64,000 nt of DNA from Minisyncoccia bacterium (GCA_038230075.1 JBBRNV010000004.1:6047-70046), one strand, 5' to 3'. Numbered from the stretch's first letter, positions 1 through 9,950 are shown. Translations and numbers: made by a program. The notes: generated by a model from the letters alone, not told the origin.

Positions 1-2
1 AT

Positions 3-2198
3 CCTCAAGATACTGAAAAATGCATTTACGATATGTGGGAGCAAAGTGGTGTGTTTAACCCTGATGTATGTGAAAAAGAAGGTCTTGTTGATGCAGCAAA
101 AGAACCTTTCTCAATGGTACTTCCCCCTCCAAATGTTACCGGAGTTCTTCATATGGGAAGTTCTCTCATGATTACTATCGAAGATATTATTGCGAGAAAA
201 GCTCGTATGGAAGGAAGAAAAACTCTCTGGATTCCAGGAACTGATCATGCCGCAATTGCCACACAATCTGTTGTTGAAAAGAAATTAGAAAAAGAAGAAG
301 GAAAACGAAAACATGATCTCGGACGAGAAGAATTCTTAAAACGAGTTGAGCAATTCGCTTCAGATAGTCATGACACCATTGTTACTCAAGCGAAAAGCTT
401 AGGTGGGTCTCTTGACTGGAGTCGTGAAGCATTCACGTTAGATGAAAAACGGAATCTCGCAGTTCGAACTGCATTTAAAACAATGCACGACGACGGATTA
501 ATTTATCGAGGATTTCGTGTTGTTAACTGGGATCCAAAAGGACAAACAACTATTTCCGACGATGAAATTGTATATGAAGAACGAGATACCATTCTTTACA
601 CGTTTTATTATGGAAAAGATAAAGATGGAAACAAATTCCCTATTCCAATTTCAACAACACGTCTCGAAACAAAATTTGGAGATCACGCTGTAGCGGTTCA
701 TCCTGATGACGAGCGATATCAAGAATATGTTGGACAAACATTTGATGTTGAATTTTTAGGCGAGCCTATTTCAATTAAAGTTATCGCAGATCATTCTGTT
801 GAAAAAGATTTTGGAACAGGAGCGCTTGGTGTCACACCAGCCCACAGCATGATTGATGCTGAAATTGCACAGCGACACGGTTTGAAAATGACACAGATTA
901 TTGATGAATATGGAAAGTTAATGGTTGGCCCTGAAGGTATCAAAGGAAAGAAAAGTGCTGAAGTACGACCTCTCATTGCAGAAAAATTAAAAGAAGCAGG
1001 CCTTCTGATTTCTGAAGAAAAAACAAAACAAAATATTTCAACAGCTGAACGAACAGGTGGTATCATCGAACCCCTTCCCAAATTGCAATGGTTCATTAAT
1101 GTAAACAAAGAAACAAAACACGGAAAGACATTAAAAGAAATGATGCTTAATGTTATTTCACCCAATGCAGGTGATAAAAAAATAACCTTTGTCCCTGAAC
1201 GATTTGAAAACATCTATTCAAAATGGATCGAAAATCTTAGAGACTGGTGTATCTCACGACAAATCTGGTATGGTCATCAAATTCCTGTATGGTATCGAGG
1301 TAACGAAATTTATTGCAATATTGATGCACCAAAAGATGATGGAAAAGGAGAATGGGTACAAGATTCTGATACCCTCGACACGTGGTTCTCATCTGGCCTT
1401 TGGACTTTCTCAACACTTGGTTGGCCTGATGTGAGTGCACAAGATCTCAAAGAATTTCATCCGACTACCCTTCTTGAAACAGGATCAGACATTATCTTTT
1501 TCTGGGTGGCGCGAATGATTTTAATGACAACGTATCTGCTCGACACCATTCCTTTTAAAACAGTGTACCTACATGGTCTTGTTCGTGACGGACAAGGGAG
1601 AAAAATTAGTAAATCGCTCGGAAACAATATTAATCCAATCGATATGATTACTAAATACGGCACCGACTCAATTCGAATGTCATTTGTTATTGGTACACAG
1701 CCTGGAGCCGACAGTAAGATATCAGAAGAAAAAATTAAGGCATATAAAAACTTTGCCAACAAACTCTGGAACATTACTCGTTTTGTTATAACAAACACCG
1801 AAGATTTCGAAGGAAATGCACACGAACAAACACTTGAAGATGTAGATCAGAGCCTTCTTAAAGAACATCTCGATTTCATTCAAGAAATTGATACTGAAAT
1901 TAATCAATATCATCTTCACTTAGCTGGAGAAAAAGCATATCACTATGTATGGCACACGTTCGCCGATCTTATTCTTGAAGATAGTAAGTTAAAGGTTGCA
2001 GAACCAGGAGCTACTAAAGCTTCTCGACAAGCATTTCTCATTATTGCCCTTTCTAACATTCTAAAGACACTTCATCCTTTTATGCCTTATGTTACCGAAG
2101 AAATTTGGCAATTGCTTCCTCAAAAATTTAAGCAAGAAAAAGGAGATCATCAACTTCTCATGGTTTCAAGATGGCCAGCTATCAACAAGAAAGTCTAA
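3..2198 (+). CDS. valS: valyl-tRNA synthetase, 5' partial (reading frame is already open at window start)
   Basis: Class I aaRS motifs: PPPNVTGVLHMGS (HIGH-type), GTDHAAIATQ, KISKSLGN (KMSKS); frame open from position 3 with PQDTEKCIYDMWEQ typical of ValRS N-terminus. Confidence 0.9.
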   Translation, partial: PQDTEKCIYDMWEQSGVFNPDVCEKEGLVDAAKEPFSMVLPPPNVTGVLHMGSSLMITIEDIIARKARMEGRKTLWIPGTDHAAIATQSVVEKKLEKEEGKRKHDLGREEFLKRVEQFASDSHDTIVTQAKSLGGSLDWSREAFTLDEKRNLAVRTAFKTMHDDGLIYRGFRVVNWDPKGQTTISDDEIVYEERDTILYTFYYGKDKDGNKFPIPISTTRLETKFGDHAVAVHPDDERYQEYVGQTFDVEFLGEPISIKVIADHSVEKDFGTGALGVTPAHSMIDAEIAQRHGLKMTQIIDEYGKLMVGPEGIKGKKSAEVRPLIAEKLKEAGLLISEEKTKQNISTAERTGGIIEPLPKLQWFINVNKETKHGKTLKEMMLNVISPNAGDKKITFVPERFENIYSKWIENLRDWCISRQIWYGHQIPVWYRGNEIYCNIDAPKDDGKGEWVQDSDTLDTWFSSGLWTFSTLGWPDVSAQDLKEFHPTTLLETGSDIIFFWVARMILMTTYLLDTIPFKTVYLHGLVRDGQGRKISKSLGNNINPIDMITKYGTDSIRMSFVIGTQPGADSKISEEKIKAYKNFANKLWNITRFVITNTEDFEGNAHEQTLEDVDQSLLKEHLDFIQEIDTEINQYHLHLAGEKAYHYVWHTFADLILEDSKLKVAEPGATKASRQAFLIIALSNILKTLHPFMPYVTEEIWQLLPQKFKQEKGDHQLLMVSRWPAINKKV

Positions 2199-2244
2199 AA
2201 GTACGAGAATAAAATAGAAAAATACAGTAAAATAGATTCACAGA

Positions 2245-3006
2245 TTGATTCTGTCATACATGTTGTTGTTTAAAGATAATCTCATCTTAAGTCTGGCACT
2301 CGCCTTTGTCTCAGGTTTTATTCCTGCACTTTTTTGGCTTCATTTTTGGTTGAAAGAAGACGATATTCATCCTGAACCTAAAAAATTAATCTTTAGAGCT
2401 TTCATTGCTGGAATTCTTGCAACTATTATTTCTGCACCGCTTGAATTATGGGCACGTCACGCACTAACTCCTGTTCTTTCTGAGTGTGGATACTATTTAA
2501 TTTTTGTATGGGCATTTATTGAAGAAGCCGCAAAACTTATTTGTTGTTTTTGGCTTGTATCACCAAAAAAATATGACGTGATGCCGATTGATCCAGTTAT
2601 TTTCTTAATCACAACCGCCCTTGGTTTTGCTGCGCTTGAAAACACTCTCTACGTTTTTCCTTTCATTTATAGCAACGGGCTCTCAATGGCTTTTGCTACA
2701 GCCAATATTCGATTCATTGGAGCAAGTCTTCTACACGTGCTCGCCTCTTCAACCATTGGTATGGCAATGTCATTTTCATTCTTCAAACGAACCCTTACTC
2801 GTCGAGAAGCATTACTTGGAGGAATCTTTCTTGCCTCACTTTTACACGCATCGTTTAACTTCTTTATTCTTTCAGGAGACACAGATAGTGCGGGATGCTC
2901 AAATGGAGGTGGAGGTGGATCATTCTTCTCAGTCCTTGCTTGTGTGTGGATTGCTATTATTATTCTCATCCTTATTCTCGAACGTATTAAATTGATTAAA
3001 CGATAA
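2245..3006 (+). CDS. PrsW-family polytopic membrane protease (putative)
   Basis: Multiple TM helices; conserved FIEEAAKL (EExxK), RFIGASLLHVL and LLHASFNFF (FxxxH/HxxxN-like) motifs; Gly-rich C-terminal tail. Confidence 0.6.
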   Translation: MILSYMLLFKDNLILSLALAFVSGFIPALFWLHFWLKEDDIHPEPKKLIFRAFIAGILATIISAPLELWARHALTPVLSECGYYLIFVWAFIEEAAKLICCFWLVSPKKYDVMPIDPVIFLITTALGFAALENTLYVFPFIYSNGLSMAFATANIRFIGASLLHVLASSTIGMAMSFSFFKRTLTRREALLGGIFLASLLHASFNFFILSGDTDSAGCSNGGGGGSFFSVLACVWIAIIILILILERIKLIKR

Positions 3007-3040
3007 TAGTGGATTACTGTGTGTTCTAATAAAAAGAATT

Positions 3041-3049
3041 TGATATACT
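3041..3049 (+). promoter_or_regulatory. extended -10 element TGATATACT, 6 nt upstream of Hsp20 ATG (leaderless or near-leaderless transcript)
   Basis: TGnTATACT match; no SD between it and ATG at 3056. Confidence 0.4.
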
Positions 3050-3055
3050 ACAAGC

Positions 3056-3559
3056 ATGAAAGAAAAAAGATCATTTTTTGAAAGACTAACCGGATCAATC
3101 AGTGTCGACGACTTTGATGCTGAAGAACAAGACATTGAAACGGCTCATATTAAACCAACTGGTGCACAACATGAAAAGTTAGCATCATGGATGAGTGAAG
3201 ATCCTGCTGAAGGACAACTCTCTGTTGATGTATTTCAAACTCCTACCCATATTATTATCAAATCAATGATTGCAGGTGTTCGCCGCGAAGACGTTGATAT
3301 CGCAATTTCTCGAGACATGCTGACAATTAAAGGAAAACGAGAAGAAGAACGTGGTATTCAAGATGGTGACTATTTTCATAAAGAACTCTATTGGGGAACA
3401 TTTTCTCGAACCATTCTTCTTCCTCATGAAATTGAAATTGAAGGGGCTGAAGCTATTGAAAATATGGGAATGCTTACTATTCGACTTCCTAAAGTTGATA
3501 AAGAGAAAAAGGCTAAACTTAAAGTAATGAAGTCTCAAGGTGGTTTTGTTGCAAACTAG
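3056..3559 (+). CDS. Hsp20/alpha-crystallin family small heat-shock protein
   Basis: alpha-crystallin domain pattern (LSVDVFQT..., GVRREDVDIAISRDMLTIKGKREEE, ...GTFSRTILLP...). Confidence 0.85.
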   Translation: MKEKRSFFERLTGSISVDDFDAEEQDIETAHIKPTGAQHEKLASWMSEDPAEGQLSVDVFQTPTHIIIKSMIAGVRREDVDIAISRDMLTIKGKREEERGIQDGDYFHKELYWGTFSRTILLPHEIEIEGAEAIENMGMLTIRLPKVDKEKKAKLKVMKSQGGFVAN

Positions 3560-3591
3560 ACAAAGGTTAGAGAATCCAACACCCACAAACA

Positions 3592-3623
3592 CCGAACCCG
3601 CAAGGTTCGGTCGTTTTGTTTTT
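3592..3623 (+). terminator. rho-independent terminator after Hsp20 gene
   Basis: CCGAACC-cgcaa-GGTTCGG hairpin followed by TCGTTTTGTTTTT. Confidence 0.7.
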
Positions 3624-3639
3624 ATATTGAGAACCAACT

Positions 3640-3715
3640 TGGTGCCGAGAGGCAGATTTGAACTGCCGACCCCACGCTCTTCAGGCGTATGCTCTACCAA
3701 CTGAGCTATCTCGGC
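3640..3715 (-). tRNA. tRNA-Phe (anticodon GAA), CCA encoded
   Basis: Reverse complement reads GCCGAGATAGCTCAGTTGGTAGAGCATACGCCTGAAGAGCGTGGGGTCGGCAGTTCAAATCTGCCTCTCGGCACCA; cloverleaf with anticodon loop CTGAAGA. Confidence 0.9.
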
Positions 3716-3732
3716 AAATGAAGAATCAACTA

Positions 3733-4047
3733 TTACTTAAGTGAACTACTTGCCGTGCTGCTTCCAAAATCAGGCAGTAGTTTTTTGAAGAAGTCTGGAA
3801 TACTTTGGACCTTCAGTTCAACGTTATGTTGTGTAGTCTGAAGTGACTGATATGTTTTGAGTGCTTGCTCCAAATATGGCTGAATTGTCTGGTATGACCA
3901 CAAAGCGAGGCCTAGGATCACAATCCAATAGAGAACGTGAATAATGCTCATTATACGCCCATTTCGGCGCATACTTCGAAGCATTCGATTGTTCTCTTCA
4001 GCCAACTCAAGATTCTTTTTTAAAAGCACTCGCACATCAGGGTCCAT
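3733..4047 (-). CDS. hypothetical small membrane protein
   Basis: 104-aa ORF with one strongly hydrophobic helix (IIHVLYWIVILGLALW); no recognisable domain. Confidence 0.45.
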   Translation of the reverse strand: MDPDVRVLLKKNLELAEENNRMLRSMRRNGRIMSIIHVLYWIVILGLALWSYQTIQPYLEQALKTYQSLQTTQHNVELKVQSIPDFFKKLLPDFGSSTASSSLK

Positions 4048-4079
4048 ATAGGCAATATAACAGAAAATTACTTATAATT

Positions 4080-4994
4080 CTAGGCCTTCCATCGGGCAAA
4101 GATACCTGAGGGCAAAAGACGCTTTTTTGGTCCAGATTCTCTAATGGTCAGTTCTCCCGCTTCAATACTTCCCCTGTGGTTTTTCTCTAACACCTTCAAG
4201 TTTTCAGCATATGAAAGCGACGAGTATCCAGCTGAGTATCCGTTTAGAATAAAGAAGAGTGGTTGCTGAGGATGCAAAATATCGAAGCAAGAATCGAGAA
4301 GTGAGAGTAGGTCTTTTTCTATCATCCATGTTTCTTTCTTTGCACCATGTCCAAATGAAGGTGGATCCATAATAATACCGTGATACAGTGCTCCTCTTCG
4401 TTTTTCCCGTTCAACAAACTTTCGCGCATCGTCGAGCATCCATCGAATATCTTTGTCGGAAACATTTGAAGCTTTGGTATTTTCTTTTGCCCATTCAATT
4501 GTTCCTTTTGATGCATCAACATGGGTAACATGTGCGCCGGCTTGAAGTGCAGCAACACTCGCAGCTCCTGTATAGCCAAATAAATTGAGCACCATTACTT
4601 CTTTTCTATTTCCCCCATTCTCACCTGTGGCTAATGCTTTTGAAATAATATCTTTTGTCCACTGCCAATTAGAAAATTGTTCAGGAAAAATACCTGTGTG
4701 TTTAAATGAACTTAATTTAACCACCAAATTCATATCGTTTAAAGAAATAATCCACTCAGGTGGAACTTCTTCTTTCTCTTTATTAAAAAACCATCGTCCC
4801 TTTCCTCCCTCTGGCGACTCAAAAGAAGCGTGTGCATTTTTCCACACCGACTCTGGTTGACTCTTTTTCCACAACGCTTGCGGATCGGGTCGTGCAATAA
4901 CAAAAGACCCATATCGCTCGAGCTTCATTTCATCTCCACTGTCGATAAGTTCATAGTCCTTTTGAGGTGCTGTTTCGAGAATTGATAGATTCAT
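4080..4994 (-). CDS. class I SAM-dependent RNA methyltransferase (RlmI/YwbD-like)
   Basis: SAM-binding VLNLFGYTGAASVAA and catalytic DPPSFG motif. Confidence 0.7.
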   Translation of the reverse strand: MNLSILETAPQKDYELIDSGDEMKLERYGSFVIARPDPQALWKKSQPESVWKNAHASFESPEGGKGRWFFNKEKEEVPPEWIISLNDMNLVVKLSSFKHTGIFPEQFSNWQWTKDIISKALATGENGGNRKEVMVLNLFGYTGAASVAALQAGAHVTHVDASKGTIEWAKENTKASNVSDKDIRWMLDDARKFVEREKRRGALYHGIIMDPPSFGHGAKKETWMIEKDLLSLLDSCFDILHPQQPLFFILNGYSAGYSSLSYAENLKVLEKNHRGSIEAGELTIRESGPKKRLLPSGIFARWKA

Positions 4995-5024
4995 AGATAT
5001 TTGGGCTCTATAGAGGTATCATAA

Positions 5025-6188
5025 GTGATAATTGATTATATGCAAAAGGAATACCGTATCGTGACAAAAATAAGACGATCGTGGAGATCGTTGCTCGACT
5101 ATCTTGAGGAACATGAAAAAGTCGTTTCTTTTCTGATTTTCGTCTTAGGATTCATCTATGATCTTGTTACCCTTCGACGAATCGACCAGACATACGACAT
5201 TGCAGTCTTGGCATTTCACTTAACAGTGGTTAGTGTCAGTATTTTGATTATTCACCTTCAAGAACGAAATCGATACAACACAATTCGAGACACTGACGAA
5301 ATGGTTGAGAAAAGAACTGAACAGCAAACTTGGTTCCACTTCTTCATGCAATTTTCTTTCGGAGGATTATTCAGTAGTTATATGATTTTCTATTCTCAAA
5401 GCGCTACTTTTATTGGTAGCTGGCCATTTCTTATTTTCCTTGTCATTTTATTTATTGGAAATGAGTTTCTTCGAAAACATTATGTAGAACTTACCTTTCA
5501 ATTATCGATTCTTTATTTCTGTCTCTTTTCTTACAGTATTTTTACTATTCCTATTATGTTAGGAAAAATTGGAAAAGGAATATTTATCTTAAGTGGAGTT
5601 ATCAGCCTCGCAGTATTTATTTGTTTCTGTCTTATTTTGACACTCACCTCACCAAGAAGAATTCGACGAGCTGCACTTCCGCTAACTTTAAGTGTATTCG
5701 GAATCTACATTTTCTTTAACTCAGCTTATTTTTTAAACATTATTCCACCTGTTCCGCTTTCACTTAAAGAAATCGGTATATATCATACCGTCATGAAAGA
5801 TGGTGATGGAAACTACAATGTTCAAGGTGAAGACAAAACATTTGTTCAAAATTACTTAGGAGGAAAGCAGACTGTTCATGAAGTTGCCGGAGAGCCTATC
5901 TATGTATTTGCGGCAGTATTTGCTCCAACAAACCTAACAACTCACGTCTCGCACCAATGGTCTAAATATGATGAAAAAACAAAAGAATGGGTGAGGGTTT
6001 CGTCTGTGCGATTTGCCATTCTTGGTGGAAGAGATAACGGATACCGAGGATATTCGTTGATACGAAACGCAACTGACGGAGAGTGGCGAGTTGATGTACT
6101 TACTGATGATGGACTATTAATTGGAAGAAAGAGCTTCACCGTTCAATCGGTTGATGCAGAACCGATTTTAATTAGTGAAGTGAAGTAG
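5025..6188 (+). CDS. polytopic membrane protein with C-terminal soluble domain, unknown function
   Basis: ~7 predicted TM helices in first 240 aa followed by hydrophilic C-terminal domain. Confidence 0.55.
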   Translation: MIIDYMQKEYRIVTKIRRSWRSLLDYLEEHEKVVSFLIFVLGFIYDLVTLRRIDQTYDIAVLAFHLTVVSVSILIIHLQERNRYNTIRDTDEMVEKRTEQQTWFHFFMQFSFGGLFSSYMIFYSQSATFIGSWPFLIFLVILFIGNEFLRKHYVELTFQLSILYFCLFSYSIFTIPIMLGKIGKGIFILSGVISLAVFICFCLILTLTSPRRIRRAALPLTLSVFGIYIFFNSAYFLNIIPPVPLSLKEIGIYHTVMKDGDGNYNVQGEDKTFVQNYLGGKQTVHEVAGEPIYVFAAVFAPTNLTTHVSHQWSKYDEKTKEWVRVSSVRFAILGGRDNGYRGYSLIRNATDGEWRVDVLTDDGLLIGRKSFTVQSVDAEPILISEVK

Positions 6189-6713
6189 TTATCGTATCGA
6201 ATAGAAACCCTTATTTTGCCCTCTAAAATTTAACTCAAATCGTTTTGTTTTGACACCTAGTTTATTGGCATATTCTTCCAAAGAATCGAACCAATTTATA
6301 TTAGCTTGTGGAATGACTGGTTCGTCAATAACACAACAAGGTAAAAGCACGAAATCTTTATTCATCTCTGCAGCAACTTCTATAATTTTCATATTTGATC
6401 CATGTGCATGTAAACCTAGAAGCAGATCGAAGTCTTTTGCCATCTCTTTTTCAAATGCTCCATTTATTCTTGGTACAGTAATAGCGTCTGAAATTTTGTT
6501 TCTTTCACCGTTTAAATCTTTATATTTCGTTGGAAGTGTTTGATGGTAAGGATCAATGACCACACTTTTAAAACCATCGTTGTTTAACAAAAGACTAACG
6601 AGGCCTTTTCCTCCGCCAACATCAGCAATTCGACAAGGTTTAAAATGCCCAACAATAAATTCATGGAGTAGTTGAAAACGAAACTTTTTCATTTTTCTTA
6701 GTTCTTTTTTCAT
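6189..6713 (-). CDS. hypothetical protein with Gly-rich nucleotide-binding-like motif (IADVGGGKG)
   Basis: 174-aa ORF, possible small methyltransferase-like fold; weak. Confidence 0.4.
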   Translation of the reverse strand: MKKELRKMKKFRFQLLHEFIVGHFKPCRIADVGGGKGLVSLLLNNDGFKSVVIDPYHQTLPTKYKDLNGERNKISDAITVPRINGAFEKEMAKDFDLLLGLHAHGSNMKIIEVAAEMNKDFVLLPCCVIDEPVIPQANINWFDSLEEYANKLGVKTKRFELNFRGQNKGFYSIR

Positions 6714-6806
6714 AGATTAATTAGAGAATCGGTCCTTACAAGACCAGTACACCTTTTGGATTCCAGCACAAAGGCGCTTTCTCTTAAGCCATTCGCTGCG
6801 CTCGTG

Positions 6807-6878
6807 TGCTCTCGGCAGGAATCGAACCTACAATTACCCCTTAGGACGGGGCAGTTATATCCATTTAACTACGAGAGC
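6807..6878 (-). tRNA. tRNA-Arg (anticodon CCU), no encoded CCA
   Basis: Reverse complement GCTCTCGTAGTTAAATGGATATAACTGCCCCGTCCTAAGGGGTAATTGTAGGTTCGATTCCTGCCGAGAGCA folds as cloverleaf; anticodon loop GTCCTAA. Confidence 0.8.
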
Positions 6879-6903
6879 AAAAAAGTCTTGATACTCAAGA
6901 CTT
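6879..6903 (-). terminator. rho-independent terminator downstream of glutaredoxin-like gene (minus strand)
   Basis: AAGTCTTG-agtat-CAAGACTT hairpin followed by TTTTTT on minus strand. Confidence 0.55.
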
Positions 6904-6954
6904 CTTTACAGTACTAAACTATGAAAATGTAGCAACTTTTTAGTCAGTAAGTGA

Positions 6955-7212
6955 CTAAGCAGCAACTCCCAAAAGATGTGCCACCTGAGCTTTATCGAAT
7001 CCAACTAATATGTCGTTTTCAATTCGAATCACTGGCACTCCGAGCTGTCCTGAGATATCAATCATTTCTGCTCGCTTGTCGGCGTCGGCAGCCACATCGA
7101 ATTCTTTATAAGTTATTCCTTTTTCATCAAAGAATGCTTTTGCAAGCTTGCAGTATGTGCAAGTTGGTGTGCTATAAATTGAAACTTCTTTCTGTGTTGT
7201 TGGTTGATCCAT
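6955..7212 (-). CDS. glutaredoxin/NrdH-like redoxin
   Basis: 85 aa, CTYC active site in thioredoxin-fold context, GVPVI motif. Confidence 0.8.
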   Translation of the reverse strand: MDQPTTQKEVSIYSTPTCTYCKLAKAFFDEKGITYKEFDVAADADKRAEMIDISGQLGVPVIRIENDILVGFDKAQVAHLLGVAA

Positions 7213-7255
7213 GTGTGTAGATTATGTAAATAATGGAGAGAGTATATCATCACTT

Positions 7256-7645
7256 CTAATTACCGCCAAAAACTGACCTAATTTTGTCATATGCATTTTC
7301 AAAAAATCCTTTTGATGAGGTGCTAGTTTGATCAGAATCATTCACGTCGGTGATAATAAGCACCTTTTCCCCTTCTTTTGAGACCTGAAAACGACTTCTA
7401 ATCTCTTCTTCAACTCCTTCAGGACTTTTTATTCGCTCAAGTTGAGCAGATAAGACAGTTTTTCGATTCTGCATATCATCAATTTCGTGTTGCACACGAG
7501 CAAGTGTATTTGCGCTCTCAATTTTCTTTTGATAAACATTCCAAGCACCTTGCGCCACCAAAATAACGAGACCCAGAATACCCAACCACACAAAAGGAGA
7601 GACACTTTTCCTGAGAGGTTTTTTAGAAGGAAGTGGTTGCTGCAT
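7256..7645 (-). CDS. FtsB/DivIC-like septum formation initiator (putative)
   Basis: N-terminal TM helix then coiled coil (VQHEIDDMQNRKTVLSAQLERI) and C-terminal KVLIITD-type segment. Confidence 0.55.
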   Translation of the reverse strand: MQQPLPSKKPLRKSVSPFVWLGILGLVILVAQGAWNVYQKKIESANTLARVQHEIDDMQNRKTVLSAQLERIKSPEGVEEEIRSRFQVSKEGEKVLIITDVNDSDQTSTSSKGFFENAYDKIRSVFGGN

Positions 7646-7682
7646 ATAAGCAGTATACTACAGCCCTTTTGGAGCGGAAATG

Positions 7683-9950
7683 TTATTTAGCAGCAGCCAA
7701 AGCGTCTTCAAATGCAATTGAGAGAAGTTGTGATGATCCTTCTGCACTCATGGTAATACCATAAATAACACCGGCCCGAGACATTGTTTCTCGATTGTGG
7801 GTAATTAAAATAAGTTGCGAGTATTCAGACAGTGTTTCAATCATATCTCCATATTTTCGAGAGTTTGCTTCATCGAGCGCTGCGTCAGTTTCATCGAGAA
7901 TAATAAATGGAGGTGGATTTACCTGAGAAATAGCAAACAAGAGTGCTATTGAAGTAAGGGCTCGCTCACCACCTGAAAGCATTACGAGACCTTTTGTTTT
8001 TTTATGAGGAAGTTCAACATGAATGTCGATTCCCTCTTTCAATTGTTCTTCTTTTTCTTCATTGGTTAGCTCAACCTCACCCAATTCTTCTTCATCTGAC
8101 TTCTTTCGACGAACGGCTTCTTTAACAAGAACAAGTGATGCTTTTCCTCCCCCAAACATTAATGCAAAAAAATCACTAAATTTGTGATTAATTTTATCAA
8201 TTCCAAGTTTAAATTCACGATTCAATGTGTCATCGAGTTCTTTAATAAGACCAGCAAGTGATACAGAAGATGCCTGAAGATCGATAAGTTCTCGACGAAG
8301 AAAAGCATCGCGTTCTTCAGTGTCTTTGTACTCTTTCATCACCTCAGACATATTTCCAACACCAATTTCTTCTAATTTAATCTTCATCTTTTCAAGCTCG
8401 CGACGTTTTTCTTGTTGAGAATGTCGAGTTGGTAATTCTTTTTCGAGAGAATCTTGCGCTTGATGTCGAAATTGAAGAATTTCGTGACCAATAAGTTCTG
8501 CCACTTCACCAAGCTCTCGTTCAAATTCTGTTTGGTCATTCTGAACTGCACCTCCAGCCATTCGAATTTCGGTTAGTGTTAAATGAAGATCATTCTTAGC
8601 AGACATCAGTCGAAGCATATCTCGTTCAGCTTGAATCTTTTCATCTTTATTTGTTTCTGCAGCTTTCTGCATATCATCAGATTTCTGTCGAAGACTTTTT
8701 TCATCGTGTTGTGCCTTTTCAATCATTCCATCAATATGATGTTTTGCTTCCTTAAGCTTGGCTCGTTCAAAATCTAGCGCTTGAATAACTGCTTCATGAG
8801 CATGTTCTGCAGTTTGATGTCCTTCAATAAAGCTTTTAACAGATTTTTTAATATCTACGAGTGCGGCTTTTAATTCTTCGATGTTGTTAGAATTGAGTGC
8901 ATACTCTGCCTTGGCATTAATTTCATGAGACAAACCATCAACCAAAGAGAGTTTAACTGAAACATCAGTAGTCTGAGTTGTAAGTCGTTTTTGTTTATCA
9001 ATTTCTCGCTCAATATAGGTAAGTTCACCATCTATCTTTCCCGATTCTCGAGATAGTCGATCTTTCTCTTTTCTAACATTATCGAGTTCTTGATTTAGTT
9101 TTTGAATCTCGTGATTGTGCTCACCTTTCTGTTCTTCTTTATTAATTTTTTCCTGTAGAACTTTCATATCACTTTCAATTTTATGAAGTTCTTTCTGAGG
9201 ACCCGCTTCATCGTGCTCAATCTTTTGTTTCTCAGCCTTAATCCGAAGCTCTTCAACTTTAAAATATGCCAAATACTGAATCGTCAGATCTCGTTTTAAT
9301 TCTGTCGCTTTTTCAATTTTTTCTGCTTGTTTTTTGAGGAAACGTAAATGTGGTGCTAACTCGCGAAGCAAACTTTCAACTTGTGCCCCATTCTCTTTTG
9401 TCTTTTCAAGCTTTCGAAGACTCTCTTCTTTTTTATATTGATATATTTTAAGACCTAGCGCTTCTTCAATCATTGTTCGCCGCTCTTTACTGCTCGCTGA
9501 AAGAATTCTATCGGCTTCTCCTTGAGAAATAATATGATGTCCTGACGATCCAATTGAGGCTCCCGCCAAAAGTTCAATAATATCTTTCAATCGAACTTGT
9601 GAACCATTGAGAAAATATTCATTACTTGAATCTCTATGTACAACTCGTTCAATAGCAACTTCATCAAAATCAATGTTTAGTTGTCGTTTTGTATTATCAA
9701 ACAACACTTTCACTGAAGCACGATTTGATCGAGGAAGCATTTTTCCTCCGTTAAAGATTAAATCTTCTCCTCGTTTTCCTCGAAGTGATTTAATTGATTG
9801 TTCACCAAGCACAAAACGAAATGCTTCTGCAACATTTGATTTTCCAGAACCATTAGGACCAACAATAGATGAAATAGGTGTAGTGAATTGAAGTAGGCTC
9901 TTTTTAGTAAAAGATTTGAACCCAGAAATTTCGAGACTTTTTAACGTCAT
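7683..9950 (-). CDS. smc: SMC-family chromosome-segregation ATPase, unusually short (755 aa), no recognisable hinge
   Basis: N-terminal Walker A (VGPNGSGKSNVAEAFRFVLGEQSIKSLRG), C-terminal signature LSGGERALTSIAL and Walker B IILDETDAALD; continuous coiled coil between. Confidence 0.75.
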   Translation of the reverse strand: MTLKSLEISGFKSFTKKSLLQFTTPISSIVGPNGSGKSNVAEAFRFVLGEQSIKSLRGKRGEDLIFNGGKMLPRSNRASVKVLFDNTKRQLNIDFDEVAIERVVHRDSSNEYFLNGSQVRLKDIIELLAGASIGSSGHHIISQGEADRILSASSKERRTMIEEALGLKIYQYKKEESLRKLEKTKENGAQVESLLRELAPHLRFLKKQAEKIEKATELKRDLTIQYLAYFKVEELRIKAEKQKIEHDEAGPQKELHKIESDMKVLQEKINKEEQKGEHNHEIQKLNQELDNVRKEKDRLSRESGKIDGELTYIEREIDKQKRLTTQTTDVSVKLSLVDGLSHEINAKAEYALNSNNIEELKAALVDIKKSVKSFIEGHQTAEHAHEAVIQALDFERAKLKEAKHHIDGMIEKAQHDEKSLRQKSDDMQKAAETNKDEKIQAERDMLRLMSAKNDLHLTLTEIRMAGGAVQNDQTEFERELGEVAELIGHEILQFRHQAQDSLEKELPTRHSQQEKRRELEKMKIKLEEIGVGNMSEVMKEYKDTEERDAFLRRELIDLQASSVSLAGLIKELDDTLNREFKLGIDKINHKFSDFFALMFGGGKASLVLVKEAVRRKKSDEEELGEVELTNEEKEEQLKEGIDIHVELPHKKTKGLVMLSGGERALTSIALLFAISQVNPPPFIILDETDAALDEANSRKYGDMIETLSEYSQLILITHNRETMSRAGVIYGITMSAEGSSQLLSIAFEDALAAAK

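Noticed and set aside
791-1919. Several 60-140-aa ORFs on the strand opposite valS (and similar antisense or nested ORFs inside dnaE, rpoB, rpoC, groEL, the 748-aa gene, and others)
   Set aside because: They lie entirely within well-supported long genes and have low-complexity, Ser/Cys/Phe-rich composition typical of shadow ORFs.
6721-6806. Possible additional tRNA or terminator in GC-richer stretch downstream of tRNA-Arg (hairpin GGTCCTTACAAGACC)
   Set aside because: No cloverleaf could be built, and no U-tract follows the hairpin in either orientation.
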